DNA of 63,747 bases, filler included, from Chiloscyllium plagiosum (taxonomy: Eukaryota), in NCBI RefSeq assembly GCF_004010195.1. It is 4 parts of one record of this genome, joined end to end, with 100 filler letters (N's around TTAATTAATTAA, not from the genome) between each part and the next. Parts side by side here need not be neighbours in the genome. Positions count along the whole stretch, not along the records: positions 1 to 25,155 come from NC_057710.1; positions 25,256 to 55,829 come from NC_057710.1; 2 more parts are not named here. One strand, given 5' to 3'. Each line of letters opens with the position of its first letter. Within the stretch, counting starts at the first letter, position 1. Below the pieces are notes generated by a model. That model ran no database searches and was not told where the DNA came from. It worked only from the letters and a program-made list of their open reading frames with translations. The translations under genes were made by a program, and so were the position numbers. Below are positions 24,793 to 37,139 of the stretch, piece by piece.

Positions 24793-25155
24793 TACACACA
24801 CACACACACACATTCTCCCTCGCTCACACGGACACACACGCACACTCTTTCTTTCTCTCTTTCTCTGTCACACACACACACACAGAGTCTCTTATGCACA
24901 TCCACACACACTGTCTCACACACATACACTGTCATGCATACACATGCACACACACTCTCTCTTTCTCACACATACACACACTCTCTCTCTCACACACATA
25001 CTCTTTCTTTCTCATGCACACACTTCTTTCACTCACACAAACTCTCACACACACACACACTTTCACACACACCCAGTCTCTCACACTCTCTTCCTCTCAC
25101 AGACACTCTCTCTGTCACACGCAGTCTCTTATCCACTCTCATTCTCACTCTGACA
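24793..25155. repeat. Mixed (CA)n/(CT)n low-complexity tract
   Basis: Direct inspection. Confidence 0.93.
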
Positions 25156-25255
25156 NNNNNNNNNNNNNNNNNNNNNNNNNNNNNNNNNNNNNNNNNNNNT
25201 TAATTAATTAANNNNNNNNNNNNNNNNNNNNNNNNNNNNNNNNNNNNNNNNNNNN
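25156..25255. other. Artificial contig linker (44 N + TTAATTAATTAA + 44 N)
   Basis: Identical 100-bp structure occurs three times; the 12-mer gives stops in all six frames. Confidence 0.95.
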
Positions 25256-25860
25256 ATAATGCAATAAGCTTCAATCTGCAATTTGAGAGGGAGAGGGTAC
25301 AGTCGGAAGTGACAGTACTTCTGTTGAATAAAGGGAACTATGGAGCTATGAGGGAGGAGCTGGCCAAAGTTCAATTGTGCAATACCTTAGCAGGGATGAC
25401 CGTGGAGGAACAATGGCGGATATTTCTGTGTATAATGCAGAAGTTGCAGGATCAGTTCATTCCTAAAAGGAAGAAAGATCCCAGGAGGAGGCATGGGCGG
25501 CTGTGGCTGATGAGGGAAGTAAAGAAACATATAAAGTTAAAAGAGAAAAAGTATAACATAGCTAAGATAAGTGGAAAAACTGAGGACTGGAAAGCTTTTA
25601 AAGAGCAACAGAGGATTACTAAGAAGGAAATACGCAGAGGAAAAATGAGATATGGGGTGGGTTCTTTATCCAGAGAGTGGTGGGGGCATGGAATGCGCTG
25701 CCTGTGGGAGTGGTAGAGTCAGAATCTTTGGTGACCTTTAAGCGGCAATTGGATAGGTACATGGATGGGTGCTTAAGCTAGGACAAATGTTCGGCACAAC
25801 ATTGTGGGCCGAAGGGCCTGTTCTGTGCTGTATTGTTCTATGTTCTATGTTCTATGTTCT
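25256..25860 (+). mobile_element. CR1: EN-RT linker region joined directly to the 3' end
   Basis: LNKGNYGAMREELAKV..IRRGKMRY, then jumps at ~25654 to GFFIQRVVGAWNALP and the (TTCTATG)n tail. Confidence 0.88.
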
Positions 25861-26032
25861 AATCTCATCTGTGTTTTAACTTTATCTAACATACATTCAT
25901 GTAGGAGTAAGATTCTATTGGGCCGAAGGGCCTGTTCTGTGCTGTATTGTTCTATGTTCTATGTTCTATGTTCTAATCTCATCTGTGTTATAACTTTATC
26001 TAACATACATTCATGTAGGAGTAAGATTCTAT
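25805..26032 (+). repeat. 114-bp tandem duplication covering the CR1 tail and its flank
   Basis: Units 25805-25918 and 25919-26032, one visible mismatch. Confidence 0.92.
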
Positions 26033-26664
26033 CAATTTCATTTCTGAAATTTTGAATTGATTCCCCAGCTTCAATATTTTTAGGGGAGGGAACAGAGTTC
26101 CAGATACCTGTTATCATTGCATGGAGAAAAAAGACACTGCACAGGAATATTCAAGCTCTAATTTTAAACATTAAGCCCGCTTGCTCTCAGCTGCCATCAC
26201 ACACGATAGTTACAAAAACAGAAATTGCCAGAAAAGCTTAGCAGGTCTATGGAGAGAAATCAGAGTTAATGTTCGAGTGACCTTTCCTCAGGACTGATGA
26301 CAGTTATATTTATCTACCCTACCAACTGCTTTAATCATCTTCAAAAAGTCAGTTAAATCCCTTAATCTTCTACATGCACGAGACTGGTAGAATATTGCAC
26401 CCGAGTACTCCATTTGACTTTGGAGTTTAAGGTTGGATTTGGGTCTCAGCTGCTAGGGATTGAGGTGTGGTCTCCTGAAATGACCCTATAACTGATATAG
26501 CCACATGAACTGTTATTGCACACTTAAGAACCCTCCGCCCAATCACTGGGAGTACTCAATTCCGTCTGCCACAGGAAATTTATTTTGTCTTATGAGGTGA
26601 TTTTGCAGTAATCTGCTAATACCAACACGGGAAGTGAAGGAGTCAGTCAAAGCTAATACAGAAT

Positions 26665-27320
26665 GGTGCATGATGTGGAGTGAAACTTGCAGGTGATAGT
26701 ATTCCTATTCATCTGCTGAACTTGCCCTTCTCGGTGGTCTTAAGTTTGAAAGGTGCTGTCAAAAGATGGTTGTTGACTTATCATAGCACACCTTATAGAT
26801 GGTACATGCTGCTGCCACTGTACAATTGGTGGTGGAGGGATAGTAGGTTGAAGATGCGGAATGGAGTGCAGATAAAGAGACTGATGGTGTCAAGATTCTT
26901 GAGTGTTGTGGAGTTGCACCCATCCAAACAAATAAAAAGTATTCCATTACAGGTCTGTCTTGTGCTTTGTAGAAGTTGGAGTCACAAAGTGAATTATTCA
27001 CTTTGCCTCTCATAGCCTGATCTGCTTTTATGGCCATAGCATTTATATGGCTGTCCAGTTCAGTTTCTGGTCAAAGGTAACTCTCACAAAATTGCTGGCA
27101 GGGGATTCAACAAAAATAATGCCTTTAAATGCCAAGGGGCAATGGATAGATTCTCTCTTGTTGGAGATGGTCAATGCCTAGCACTTGTGTGGCATGAATG
27201 CTACTTGCAGCCTATCAGACCAAGCTTGAAGGTTGTCTAGCTATTATTGCATTTGGATATAAACTGCTTCAAAATCTGAGGACATCGGCATGATACTTAT
27301 TTTTGTGCAATCATCAGACA
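26665..27320 (-). mobile_element. LINE family Y fragment
   Basis: gatggtgtcaagattcttgagtgttgtggagttgcacccatcc, homologous to 32670-32720. Confidence 0.8.
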
Positions 27321-27329
27321 GCATCTGTT

Positions 27330-27595
27330 TTAGTTGTTTTATGGATAAATACTCTTCCAGTTAACCTTAGAGAACGCCCCTGTTTTTCAAAGTAGTGCTG
27401 AGTAATATTTTACATTCACATGAGGGTGCCTTGGTACAACCTTTCATCAAAGTAGGGCACTTTCAGAATTGCAGCGCTCCCTCAGTACAGCTCTGGAGTT
27501 TCAGCCTAGATTTTGTGCTCAAGTAACTGAGACAGGGTTTGATTTCACAACTGTCTGATTCAGACAAGCCTGTTGCCCAGAATCGTGGCTAACAC
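27330..27595 (-). mobile_element. Degenerate DeuSINE 5' half (tRNA head plus Deu domain)
   Basis: gcagcgctccctcagtacagctctggagtttcagcctagattttgtgctcaag is the reverse of the Deu core. Confidence 0.7.
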
Positions 27596-27787
27596 AAGTT
27601 GAAATGATTCCCAAGTATGGGCTTCCCTTTGCATTGCAAGCTGTGATTCACTGATCAGCACAAGGATTGAGAAGTGGGACTGTTTAGGAGAGCTCATTTA
27701 ATTTTCTTCTCTGTGAGGAGCTTTTTGAGGGAGAAATTATTGAAGTTTTGATTTACAGACATGCCCCAGTAAATGGGCTCCTAAGGG

Positions 27788-28347
27788 AGGAGGCAGTAGC
27801 CTAGTGGTATTATCACTGGACTGTTAATCCAGAGAGGACTAGGAGAAAGTGAGGACTACAGATGCTGAAGGCCAGAGTTGAAAAGTGTGGTGCTGGAAAA
27901 GCGCAGCAGGTCAGTCAGCATCCGAGGAGCAGGAAAATCGACGTTTCGGGCATAAGAAGGGCTTATGCCCGAAACGTCGATTTTCCTGCTCCTCGGATGC
28001 TGACTGACCTGCTGCGCTTTTCCAACACCATACTTTTCAACTGTTAATCCAGAGACCCAAGTCATGTTCTGGAGAACTGGGTTTGATTCCCGGCATGACC
28101 AATGGTGGAATTGAATTCAATAAAAATCTAGAATTAAGAATCTAATGATGACCATGAAACCATTATCAATTGTTGGAAAACCCCACCTGGTTCACTAATG
28201 TCCCTCAGGGAAGGAAACTGCAAACTTTACCTGGTCTGGCTGACATGTGACTCCAGACCCACAGCAATGTGGTTGATACTTAACTGCCTTCTGGAATTGG
28301 CAATAAAAGCTGGCCTAGCCAGCGATGCCCTCATCCCATGAATGAAC
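27788..28347 (+). mobile_element. tRNA-derived SINE family X, full length, interrupted by a PLE hairpin
   Basis: A-box-like tagcctagtgg, B-box-like ggtttgattcc, body ctggttcactaatgtccctcagggaagg, tail gctggcctagccagcgatgccctcatcccatgaatga. Confidence 0.85.
27836..28039 (-). mobile_element. Penelope-derived near-perfect hairpin, 16-bp TSD
   Basis: TSD actgttaatccagaga at 27820-27835 and 28040-28055; ~80-bp arms centred near 27958. Confidence 0.93.
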
Positions 28348-28551
28348 ATGACATGTCAGGCAACTGCATTTAATCCATCACTTCAGTTACTATAAATAAT
28401 TCCATATTTTGAAACCAGCTCGGGAAATTGATAATATTTACATTAGATTAGCTCAGATCAAGCCATGATTCTGGAGTGCTTTGTTGTTTGGTGAGGGCTT
28501 TGAGATGGCAGGTTTGATTTATCAGGTACACTAATACAAATGCATGCAAAA

Positions 28552-28610
28552 TAAAACTTTTCACTGTACTTAGGTACGTGTGACAATAGTAAATCAAATC
28601 AAATCAAATC
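28552..28610 (+). mobile_element. Rex1-type LINE tail stub with (CAAAT)n
   Basis: aaaacttttcactgtacttaggtacgtgtgacaatagtaaatcaaatc. Confidence 0.75.
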
Positions 28611-29014
28611 AGTGCGGGAGAATGAACTGAAAGTCAAACTGGTCATGAGAAGCAACTATCCAACACACTCTTACTCCCTTTGATTTAAAAAAAACAATCT
28701 TGTCCTGTGCCCAATGTTACAGATAATTAACTTGCTTGCTACACATGGATGGTCATCCAGACAGTGTCCTATTGTACCACTAATGGGGTGGTCTGAGAGA
28801 TAAAGTGCTTCGCAAAACACACAATCTCTGGCCACTGCTTCTTCGAACATGAGTTGAGAAATCAGGAGCTGTGTATGTGGGATGCAGCTTTGGTATTTTG
28901 AACAAATGAGAACATGTTTGCTCTGCCATGCCTTTAACAAGTGCCACAGTGAATGAATGATAAGCAACTTTTATTGGATAGATTCATCCAATCTTACATA
29001 AAGAGGCAAAATCA

Positions 29015-29835
29015 AAGAACCTCCGCCCTTGAACCCGCCCCTCCAATCGCCACCAGGACAGAACCCCACTGGTCCTCCCCTTCCCCCCCACCAACCTCCG
29101 GATACATTGTATCATCCTCCATCATTTCCGCCACCTCCAAACAGACCTCACCACCAGGGATATATTTCCCTTCCAACCCCTATCAGCGTTCCCGAGAGAC
29201 CACTCCCTCCGCGACTCCCTCGTCAGGTCCACATCCCCCACCAACCCAACCTCCACTCCAGGCACCTTCCCCTGCAACCGCAAGAAGTGCAAAACNNNNN
29301 NNNNNNNNNNNNNNNNNNNNNNNNNNNNNNNNNNNNNNNNNNNNNNNNNNNNNNNNNNNNNNNNNNNNNNNNNNNNNNNNNNNNNNNNNNNNNNNNNNNN
29401 NNNNNNNNNNNNNNNNNNNNNNNNNNNNNNNNNNNNNNNNNNNNNNNNNNNNNNNNNNNNNNNNNNNNNNNNNNNNNNNNNNNNNNNNNNNNNNNNNNNN
29501 NNNNNNNNNNNNNNNNNNNNNNNNNNNNNNNNNNNNNNNNNNNNNNNNNNNNNNNNNNNNNNNNNNNNNNNNNNNNNNNNNNNNNNNNNNNNNNNNNNNN
29601 NNNNNNNNNNNNNNNNNNNNNNNNNNNNNNNNNNNNNNNNNNNNNNNNNNNNNNNNNNNNNNNNNNNNCCTATCGTATTCCCAGCGCCCCTCCCCCAAAT
29701 TCCCTCCACCCTACCTTTTATCTCAGCCCGCTTGGCACACCAGCCTCATTCCTGAAGAAGGGCTTATGCCCGAAACGTCGATTCTCCTGCTCCTCGGATG
29801 CTGCCTGGCCTGCTGTGTTTTTCCAGCACCACATT
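29015..29835 (+). mobile_element. Penelope-like element: RT-to-GIY-YIG linker, N gap, 3' repeat with hammerhead
   Basis: DRTPLVL..FRHLQTD..RDHSLRDSLVRST..GTFPCNRKKCK; hammerhead CUGAAGA at 29752, GUC at 29777-29779. Confidence 0.88.
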
Positions 29836-30142
29836 CATCTGGATAGCCCAAAGGAGCTGTGATGCTTGTTATGCCTCCACAGGCTACTCATCGAAAGGAA
29901 TTTCAAGAAATGTGGGCAGAGCAATATATAATTGAAAACGGGACATGGAATAGGTGAAAGTATATGATTCATGTGTTTTATTTTGGAAAATATAAGTAAC
30001 TATTGTCTCCACCCACAAGTTCATCTAAATACTTGAGACAATACAGAGGAGACAAGAATCTGGCTGATAGCACAAAGTTGACCACACTGATTTGGCTAAA
30101 TGTTGTACATGTCTCCAAAAATGAAAATCAGGGAAGATATAT

Positions 30143-30432
30143 AACTTTTTCCCTGGGTACAACAGAATGTTACAAGGGGACATAAATTTAAGGTGAAGGG
30201 TGGAAGGTATAGGGGAGATGTCAGGGGTGGGTTCTTTACCCAGAGAGTGGTGGGGGCATGGAATGCGCTGCCCGTGGGAGTGGTAGAGTTGGAATCATTG
30301 GCGACCTTTAAGCGGCAATTGGATAGGTACATGGATGGGTGCTTAAGCTAGGACAAATGTTCGGCACAACATCGTGGGCCGAAGGGCCTGTTCTGTGCTG
30401 TATTGTTCTATGTTCTATGTTCTATGTTCTAT
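30143..30432 (+). mobile_element. Young 5'-truncated CR1 3' end
   Basis: Near identical to 5053-5330 and 25654-25860; (TTCTATG)n tail. Confidence 0.93.
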
Positions 30433-32248
30433 AACATAGAGCTGAACCTGACATAACATGCTCTACACCAAAGTCCAAATTATTGGAGTATATGTTTTAT
30501 CTTGACTGTTTCTATTTAAATTAGAATTAATGCAGTATAGTGGAAAATAAATGGGATGGGAGAGCTGACAAAGCTATATCTATGAAGGGAGTTGCTTTTA
30601 TTTCTTGCACTCTGCTGTGACCATTCAAGCATGAAACATTGCTGAGGTTTTATCTAAAACAAGAATGATCACTTAGACATAATTCAGGATGAAGTGTCTG
30701 TAGCTGATAAATATGTAATGTTGATTTCATAAATGCTGTTTGTAATCTGTCGCGGTCAGCATGAACTTACAGTGCACTCTGCTCTCTTCCCTATGCAGAT
30801 GTACTATTTATCGTGTGTAGTGTTTACTACACTGTATTCACTCCCAGCCAGGAGCTATGTATGAAGCCTGTGCAAGTCATAACTAGGCAGGGCAGAATCA
30901 GTGAATTTACCCTGCTGTGTGCTCATAACATTTACCGCAGTGTGAGGTTCTTCTTTAGTGAACACATTAAGGACAGAGTGAGTCATATAACTGGGATTCC
31001 TTATGAAAACACAGGATTATAAAATTACCCATCGCTTCCAAGCAAAGCAGATCATCTGTTCTCCTAGTTCATTCCTACTTGTGCAACATTGATTTCTTCA
31101 AACAGGTTGCTACTTCTTACAGTTCAATAGTAATACATTTTAGTAGGTAGTTTGCTGACTCAAAACGCATATTGGAACATATTATGATGTGGAAAGTTCT
31201 TTACTGTATAAGTGCAAACTCTTCCTTTTCTGGACTAATCACTTCAGTGTTTCTATTTTGTTGCACATCCTATCTAAAGAGTCAACAGTGAAATTTGACT
31301 TTTTACTAGTAATGCATTTTTGTGCATTGTTCAAGGGTGGCCTGTGATCTGGAGTTACTTACATGGCCTTTGCAGTCATTGTTGTCAATAGACAGATCCA
31401 ATTTATTGAAAGTGCTGGTAATCTGAGGTCATTGACATGTCGATTTTAACTGTTTATCCATTTCAAGCTCTCACTCAATGTTGGCCTTGCTTTCTCTGAT
31501 GTTTTTAGATCGTTTTGCATCCATACAAAATGGGGGTGGTTGGAGGCAATTAAATGTGAGCCTTTAAATATGATACAGTCAATGAAAATAAGATCAGTCA
31601 GGATAGGATTGGCAGTGAAATATGGCAATAGAATAGAATGGTGCTTTTCTACTGCTTTAAATAGAATAAAAAAAAGACATAACTAACAAAGAGATGGGAA
31701 CAGAATCCACATGGGTGGACATAAAGGCCAGGAAGGGATCTGTCTCACAATTAGGGATACGTTACACACCAACAAATAATGCTTATGAATGGGATGGAGA
31801 ACTGTAAAGCAAATCCATGAAGTAAATATAGTGATTTCAAATAACCTCAAACAAACTGGCAGAGAGAGCAATTTAAAGCAGAGAATGGAATGATGCTTTT
31901 CTAGTGTGTGAGAGACGCATTTTGATGGCACAATAAGGGAGAAAGCATTGCTAGGCTTAGTAATAAAAGTAAACATGGGGAAACTTGCACTGAACAGACA
32001 TCAGAAAAGAATGAGGTTCAATTGGATTACTGAGATAGATTAGGATTATGGAAAAAAACATTCAAAAAAGGTAATGGTTGAAGATTGAGGCTGGAGGTAA
32101 ATTAAAGCAAATACTAACCATTAATGATGTAGAATAACAGTAAAATAAAAATCAATAGAGTTGTGTATGCCTAGGACAAAACCATTTATGCATTGCCTGC
32201 ATTTGTCTGTTAAAGTACAGTAAGGGTACTTACAATGTGGAACAAGAA

Positions 32249-33200
32249 CATTCATGGGATGTGGGCATCGCTGGCTAGCTGGTGTTTATTGTCCATCTAA
32301 TTGCCCATTGCCCTTGAGAACGTGGTGGTGAGCTGCTTTCTTGAACCGTGTGCTGTCCATGTGCTGCAGGTTGAACCACAATGCTGTTAGGGAGACAATT
32401 CCAAGATTTTGACTCAGCAACAGTGAAGGAACAGTGATATACTTCCAAGTCAGGAGTGTCTGGGAGAGGATCTTGAAAGAGGCAGTGTTGCCATGTATCT
32501 GCTGCTATTCTAGATGGAAGTGGTCGTGGGTTTGGGAGGTGCTGTCTGAGGATCTTCGGTGAATTTCTGCAGTGCATCTTGTGGATTGTACATACTGCCA
32601 GTCCTGAGTGTCAGTGGTGGAGGGCATGGACATTTGTGGGTGGGATGCCAATGTGGCGGGTTGCTTTGTCCATATGGTGTCAAGCTTCTTGAGTGTTGTT
32701 GAAACTGCACCCATCCAGGGAAGTGGGGGGTATTCCATCATACTCCTGATTTGTGCCTTGGAGATGGTGGACAGGTTTTGGATAGTCAGGAGGTGAGTTA
32801 GTTGCTGCGGTATTTCTTGTCTCTTGTAGCCATTGTGTTTATGTGATGAGTCCAGTTGAGTTTCTGGCCAATATTAACCCCCAGGATGTTGGTAGTGGGG
32901 GAATTTAGTGATGGCAACACCATTGAATGTCAAGGGATTGTGGTTAGATTGTCTTTTATTGGTGATGGTGATTGCCTGGCAGTTGTGTGGCACAAATGTT
33001 ACTTGCCACTTCTCAGTCCAAGCCTGGATATTGTCCAGATCTTGTTGCATTTGAACATGGGCTGCTTCAGTATCTGAGGGGTTGGGAATGGTGCTGAACA
33101 CTGTGCAATCATCAGTGAGCATCCCCACATCTGACCTTCTGATGAATGGAAGGTCATTACTGAAGCAGCTGAAGATGGTTGGGCTTAGGACAGTACCCTG
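32249..33200 (-). mobile_element. LINE family Y: RT C-terminal half and 3' UTR
   Basis: QGTVLSPTIFSCFSNDLP..MLTDDCTVF..QQDLDNIQAWTEKWQVTF; tail ccagcgatgcccacatcccatgaatg. Confidence 0.88.
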
Positions 33201-33211
33201 ACGCACATAAA

Positions 33212-33945
33212 GCCACAGAGTTATACAACACAGAAATAGACCATTTGGTCCAACTCGTCCATGCTGACCAGATACCCTAAATCATCTAGTCCCATTTGCC
33301 ATCATTTAGCACATATCCTTTCAAACCCTTGCCATTCATGTGCCCATCCAGCTGCCTTTTAAATGTTGTGATTATACCCGCCTCCATCACTTCCTCTGCA
33401 AACTCATTCTATATACACACACCACCCTCTGCATGAGAAAAGTCTTTTCCCTCTCACCTTAAACCTATGCCCTCTAGCCTTGGACTCCCCTATCCTGGGA
33501 AAAAGACCTTGGCTGCTCACCCTATCCATGCTCTTCATAATTTTATTAACCTCTATAAGGTCACCTCTCAACATCTGACAATCCAGAGAAAACAGCCCCA
33601 ACCTATCCAGCCTCTCCCTATAGCTCAAACCTTCAACTCTGGTAACATCCTTACAAGTCTTTTCTGAATCTTTTAAAGTTTCACAACTTCCTTCCTATAG
33701 CAGGAAGACCAGAATTGCACACAGTATTCTTGAATTGGCTGAACTAAAATCGTGTACAGCTGCAACATGATGTCTCAACTCCTATACTCAATGTACTGAC
33801 CAATGAAGGCAATACTACCAAAAGCCTTCTTCATTGTCTACCTGCATCTCCACTTTCAAGGAACTATGTGCTTGTACCCCTTGGTCACGTTGTTCGCCAA
33901 CCCTCCCAGGCCCTTGCCATTAATTGTATAAGTCCTAGAGCTGGT
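33212..33945 (-). mobile_element. CR1 3' portion inserted into LINE Y
   Basis: SYRERLDRLGLFSL..LRGDLIEV; CR1 3' UTR. Confidence 0.9.
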
Positions 33946-33959
33946 ATGACCGACATCCA

Positions 33960-34115
33960 ACAACCATGACCACCTTTCTATGTGCCAGAAGAGAGAGAGG
34001 TTTCCCCCACAACTCATCGCTTCCAGTTTTGCTAGGGCTTCTTGATGCTGCACTCAATTTAATACAGCCTTGTTGTCAAGGGCTGTCACTGTTACCTCAC
34101 CTTTGGAATTCAGAA
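33960..34115 (-). mobile_element. LINE family Y RT continuation
   Basis: Minus frame GEVTVTALDNKAVLN*VQHQEALAKLEAM (RT motif A region). Confidence 0.7.
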
Positions 34116-35239
34116 CAGGTAACCTGTCAGTCATAAAGTAATTGTGACTTCACTTGATTCATTTCCTTTCAATGAGTACAAACAAATTGTAGCATCATAT
34201 AGAGAATGCTAAATATAAACATCTATGAATATCTGTGTCTTAGATCTGTCATGCTATGCACATGTAATCGGTTACAAACTTTGTACAGTATATAATTCTC
34301 AATCACAATTTGTTGTTTTCATTTCAGCTCACTTAAACTATTAGTTATCACTTGTTGTGGAGGAGTAACCTTATTGTACATTCTGTGTCTTTTTCTGAAT
34401 CTTCATAACCATAGAGTCATAGAGTCATAGAGATGTACAGCATGGAAACAGAACCAAACTCCACACCATGACACAGTGACAGTCTTACTATATACATACG
34501 TTTTGTGAGATGTCACCCATGATTTTCCATCACACCAGCTGAGATATCTACTCCCAGCTAGAGTTCAGAATCTCTGCCCTTAATGCTGCATCTTAAATAA
34601 GCAACATTTCCTTCAATAGTCAGAGCATGGAATTCCTGAAGACTTGTCAAGGTGTCTTCTAACAATGTTCAGCAGGATTTCTCACTGTTATGTTGTAATA
34701 AACACTGCAGCAGAAAGTCTCTAAAATATTCTTCCTTAAATCCATGCTACTGTTTCCTTTTAAAAAAAATGGGTAAAGCATCAACAGCAGGAGAGTCAAT
34801 TTCAGGCCTTTTGCTTTTTCTCAACCATTGTGTTTCACAGAGTGTCTATCGATGGGTTTTACAGGCTCTTAGCTTTGATAAAACTTGTACCGGTGACAGA
34901 GAATAAATAAACAAGACAAAGACAAGATACGGTGGCCCCATCTGGTTATCTCCGATTTAAACTCCAACTGAGGCTCTCTGAACTGTTTCTGTTTAACCCA
35001 ACATTCCTAACATATCTCTGTGCCCTTCATCAGATATTCTGAAATATGGCAGATCGCCCATTAAACATTTTAAGTATCTTAAAGTTGACAGTGGTTTGAG
35101 TGAAAACAGCCTCATCTGTTCATTTCCTTTCTCTTTTTGAAGTGGGAAAGACAAAAATCACTCTGAATTTTCACAGGGATGTTAATAGACAGCATTTGAT
35201 GTTCTGCCACGTAACTAGGTATTAGCACCAATGACCACA

Positions 35240-35760
35240 AGCTTTCGCGTGGCAGATTCTAAGAAGTGACTTTAACAGGAAAAGAGAGATAAAGTAGCAC
35301 AGAGGTCTGGGGAGGTAACGCTAGATTTTAAGGCCTCTGAAGCTTACATCATGGCTTAAGGCGATGTTAGAACAATCAAAACCATGGCTGAATTTGAAGC
35401 AACTCAGATAGCTTGATGAGTTATAGATCAGAGGACATTACTGAGGGAATGAGGGCTGAGACATTACAAAGATTTGAAATGCAGGATGTGAATGTTAAAG
35501 TCACTGCTGGACAGGGTGAGCCAATGCAGGTCAGTGAGCACAGGGATGATGCAGAAATAGGTCAAGATTATGTATTAGGCTTGGATGGCAAGGTTTGGAT
35601 GAGCCTAGGTTTATGGAGATAAAAATGGGAAGCTGATGAGAACATTGCATTACTCAAGTCTCGAGCTAAGAAAGGCACAAATCAGGATTTCACTGGAAGA
35701 CAATCAGAGGGAGGGATGGAATCAGGTGATCTTATCGAAGTGAGAGGAGGTGATTTTGAA
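35240..35760 (-). mobile_element. Old L2 LINE fragment
   Basis: Minus frame EILICAFLSSRLE*CNVL resembles L2 ETLIHAFVTSRLDYSN; cattggctc (HWL). Confidence 0.65.
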
Positions 35761-36234
35761 GCTGAAAATGTCTGTCAAAACCTGATAGGACATGCTAGAA
35801 AGTCAAGGAGTATGTAATAGCAACCAGTGCTTAAAAAATCCCTGCCTTGTCTTCTGCAATTTCCTCCAAATTTAAAAGTTTGAAACTTGCTATTCGGACT
35901 TTATCAGAAAGCAATGTGCTGCAGCAAAGAAAAATGTGGCAAAGCCATTTGAGCCATACCACAAAGTAAAATATACTGTCATATTCTTCAGTGCCCTCCA
36001 TGATTATTGTTTACGTTCATGTGAATGAATGATCCCTGTGTAATTCACCCACTATCCTCAGTACTGATGCTCTGCTACTTCTGCTGTGTGCGACAGTTGA
36101 ACAGCAGGCAAAATCTCATTGATCTGTCCGACGATTTGAAATTTACTTTGTCTCAGCCTAGCAGCATCTCTGAGGCAATGTTATGATGGTTTTTCACCAA
36201 CAGTGTATTTACTTTTTATTTTAAAGTTCTTCAT

Positions 36235-36490
36235 TCAGCTGGTTCCTCCAATTTTGGCCTCTTGGGCTATCCCTTTGTCTTACCATTTGCAGCGATGTTT
36301 CAGCTTTCAAGGATTTCAGCTCTGCAATTACCTACCGAAATCACTCCTGCTCTCTATATCTCTGTTGCTTTAAAAATCTGATCCAAACCTTTCTGCTTGA
36401 CCAAATATTTGGCCAGCTGTTCTAATGTCTCCTTTCTTTGCTCAGTATCAATGTGTCCCTGACTACATTCCTGTGAAATACTAGTAAAGG
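36235..36490 (+). mobile_element. Old L2 3' end
   Basis: cctccaattttggcctcttg..ttcagct..ctctgcaattacctacc..ttgaccaaatatttggcc. Confidence 0.55.
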
Positions 36491-36924
36491 CTTTCTTATT
36501 TCTTATCAAAATTATACATGTGACTTCTGGATATTTTTTAATCAACCTGTTCAGCAATACCTCTGGGATGTGAACACAGTCCTCCAGAGTTAGGGATATT
36601 CCCACTACATCACAAGAGTTTCACTGGTAAAACTATCCAGGCCATAAATCAGCTTCCAGTCAAGGATTTCAATCTGAAGTAAAAAAAAAACCTTCAGCCG
36701 TGTGATTATTGAAGTCCTGAGGGTTAATATCTGAATGTCACTGACATGTGGAATTCTCTGCATTCCAATTCAATACAGATGGCATCACATAAATATCTCA
36801 TAATGGTATTCAAACTGTTTAATTTAAGTATTTATGTAAGAACAGACACTAAATCTGATGTTAAAATACATTTTAACTGACCATTTCTCTTGGAATCACT
36901 TGATTGTCATTAATAATGACACTG

Positions 36925-37110
36925 ATGTTAGGGGGATTGGCCATGCTAAGTTACAATACTGTGCAGTGATCTGCAGGTTGGGTGGGTTAACCATGGGAAA
37001 TGCAGGGATTGCAGGGATTGAATGGGGAATGGGTCTGGGTGGGATGCTTTTTGGAGGGTTGGTGTGCACTCGATGGGGCGTATGGCCTGCTTTCACACTG
37101 CAGGGATTCT
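36925..37110 (+). mobile_element. HE1-type V-SINE 3' half
   Basis: gattggccatgctaa..gggtctgggtgggatgc..ggcctgctttcacactgcagggattct. Confidence 0.8.
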
Positions 37111-37139
37111 AAGCTTCAATGATATGAACAATAACATTG

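Noticed and set aside
25200..25211. TTAATTAATTAA motif repeated three times in the window
   Set aside because: Always centred in 44N+44N; a six-frame-stop assembly linker, not biological sequence
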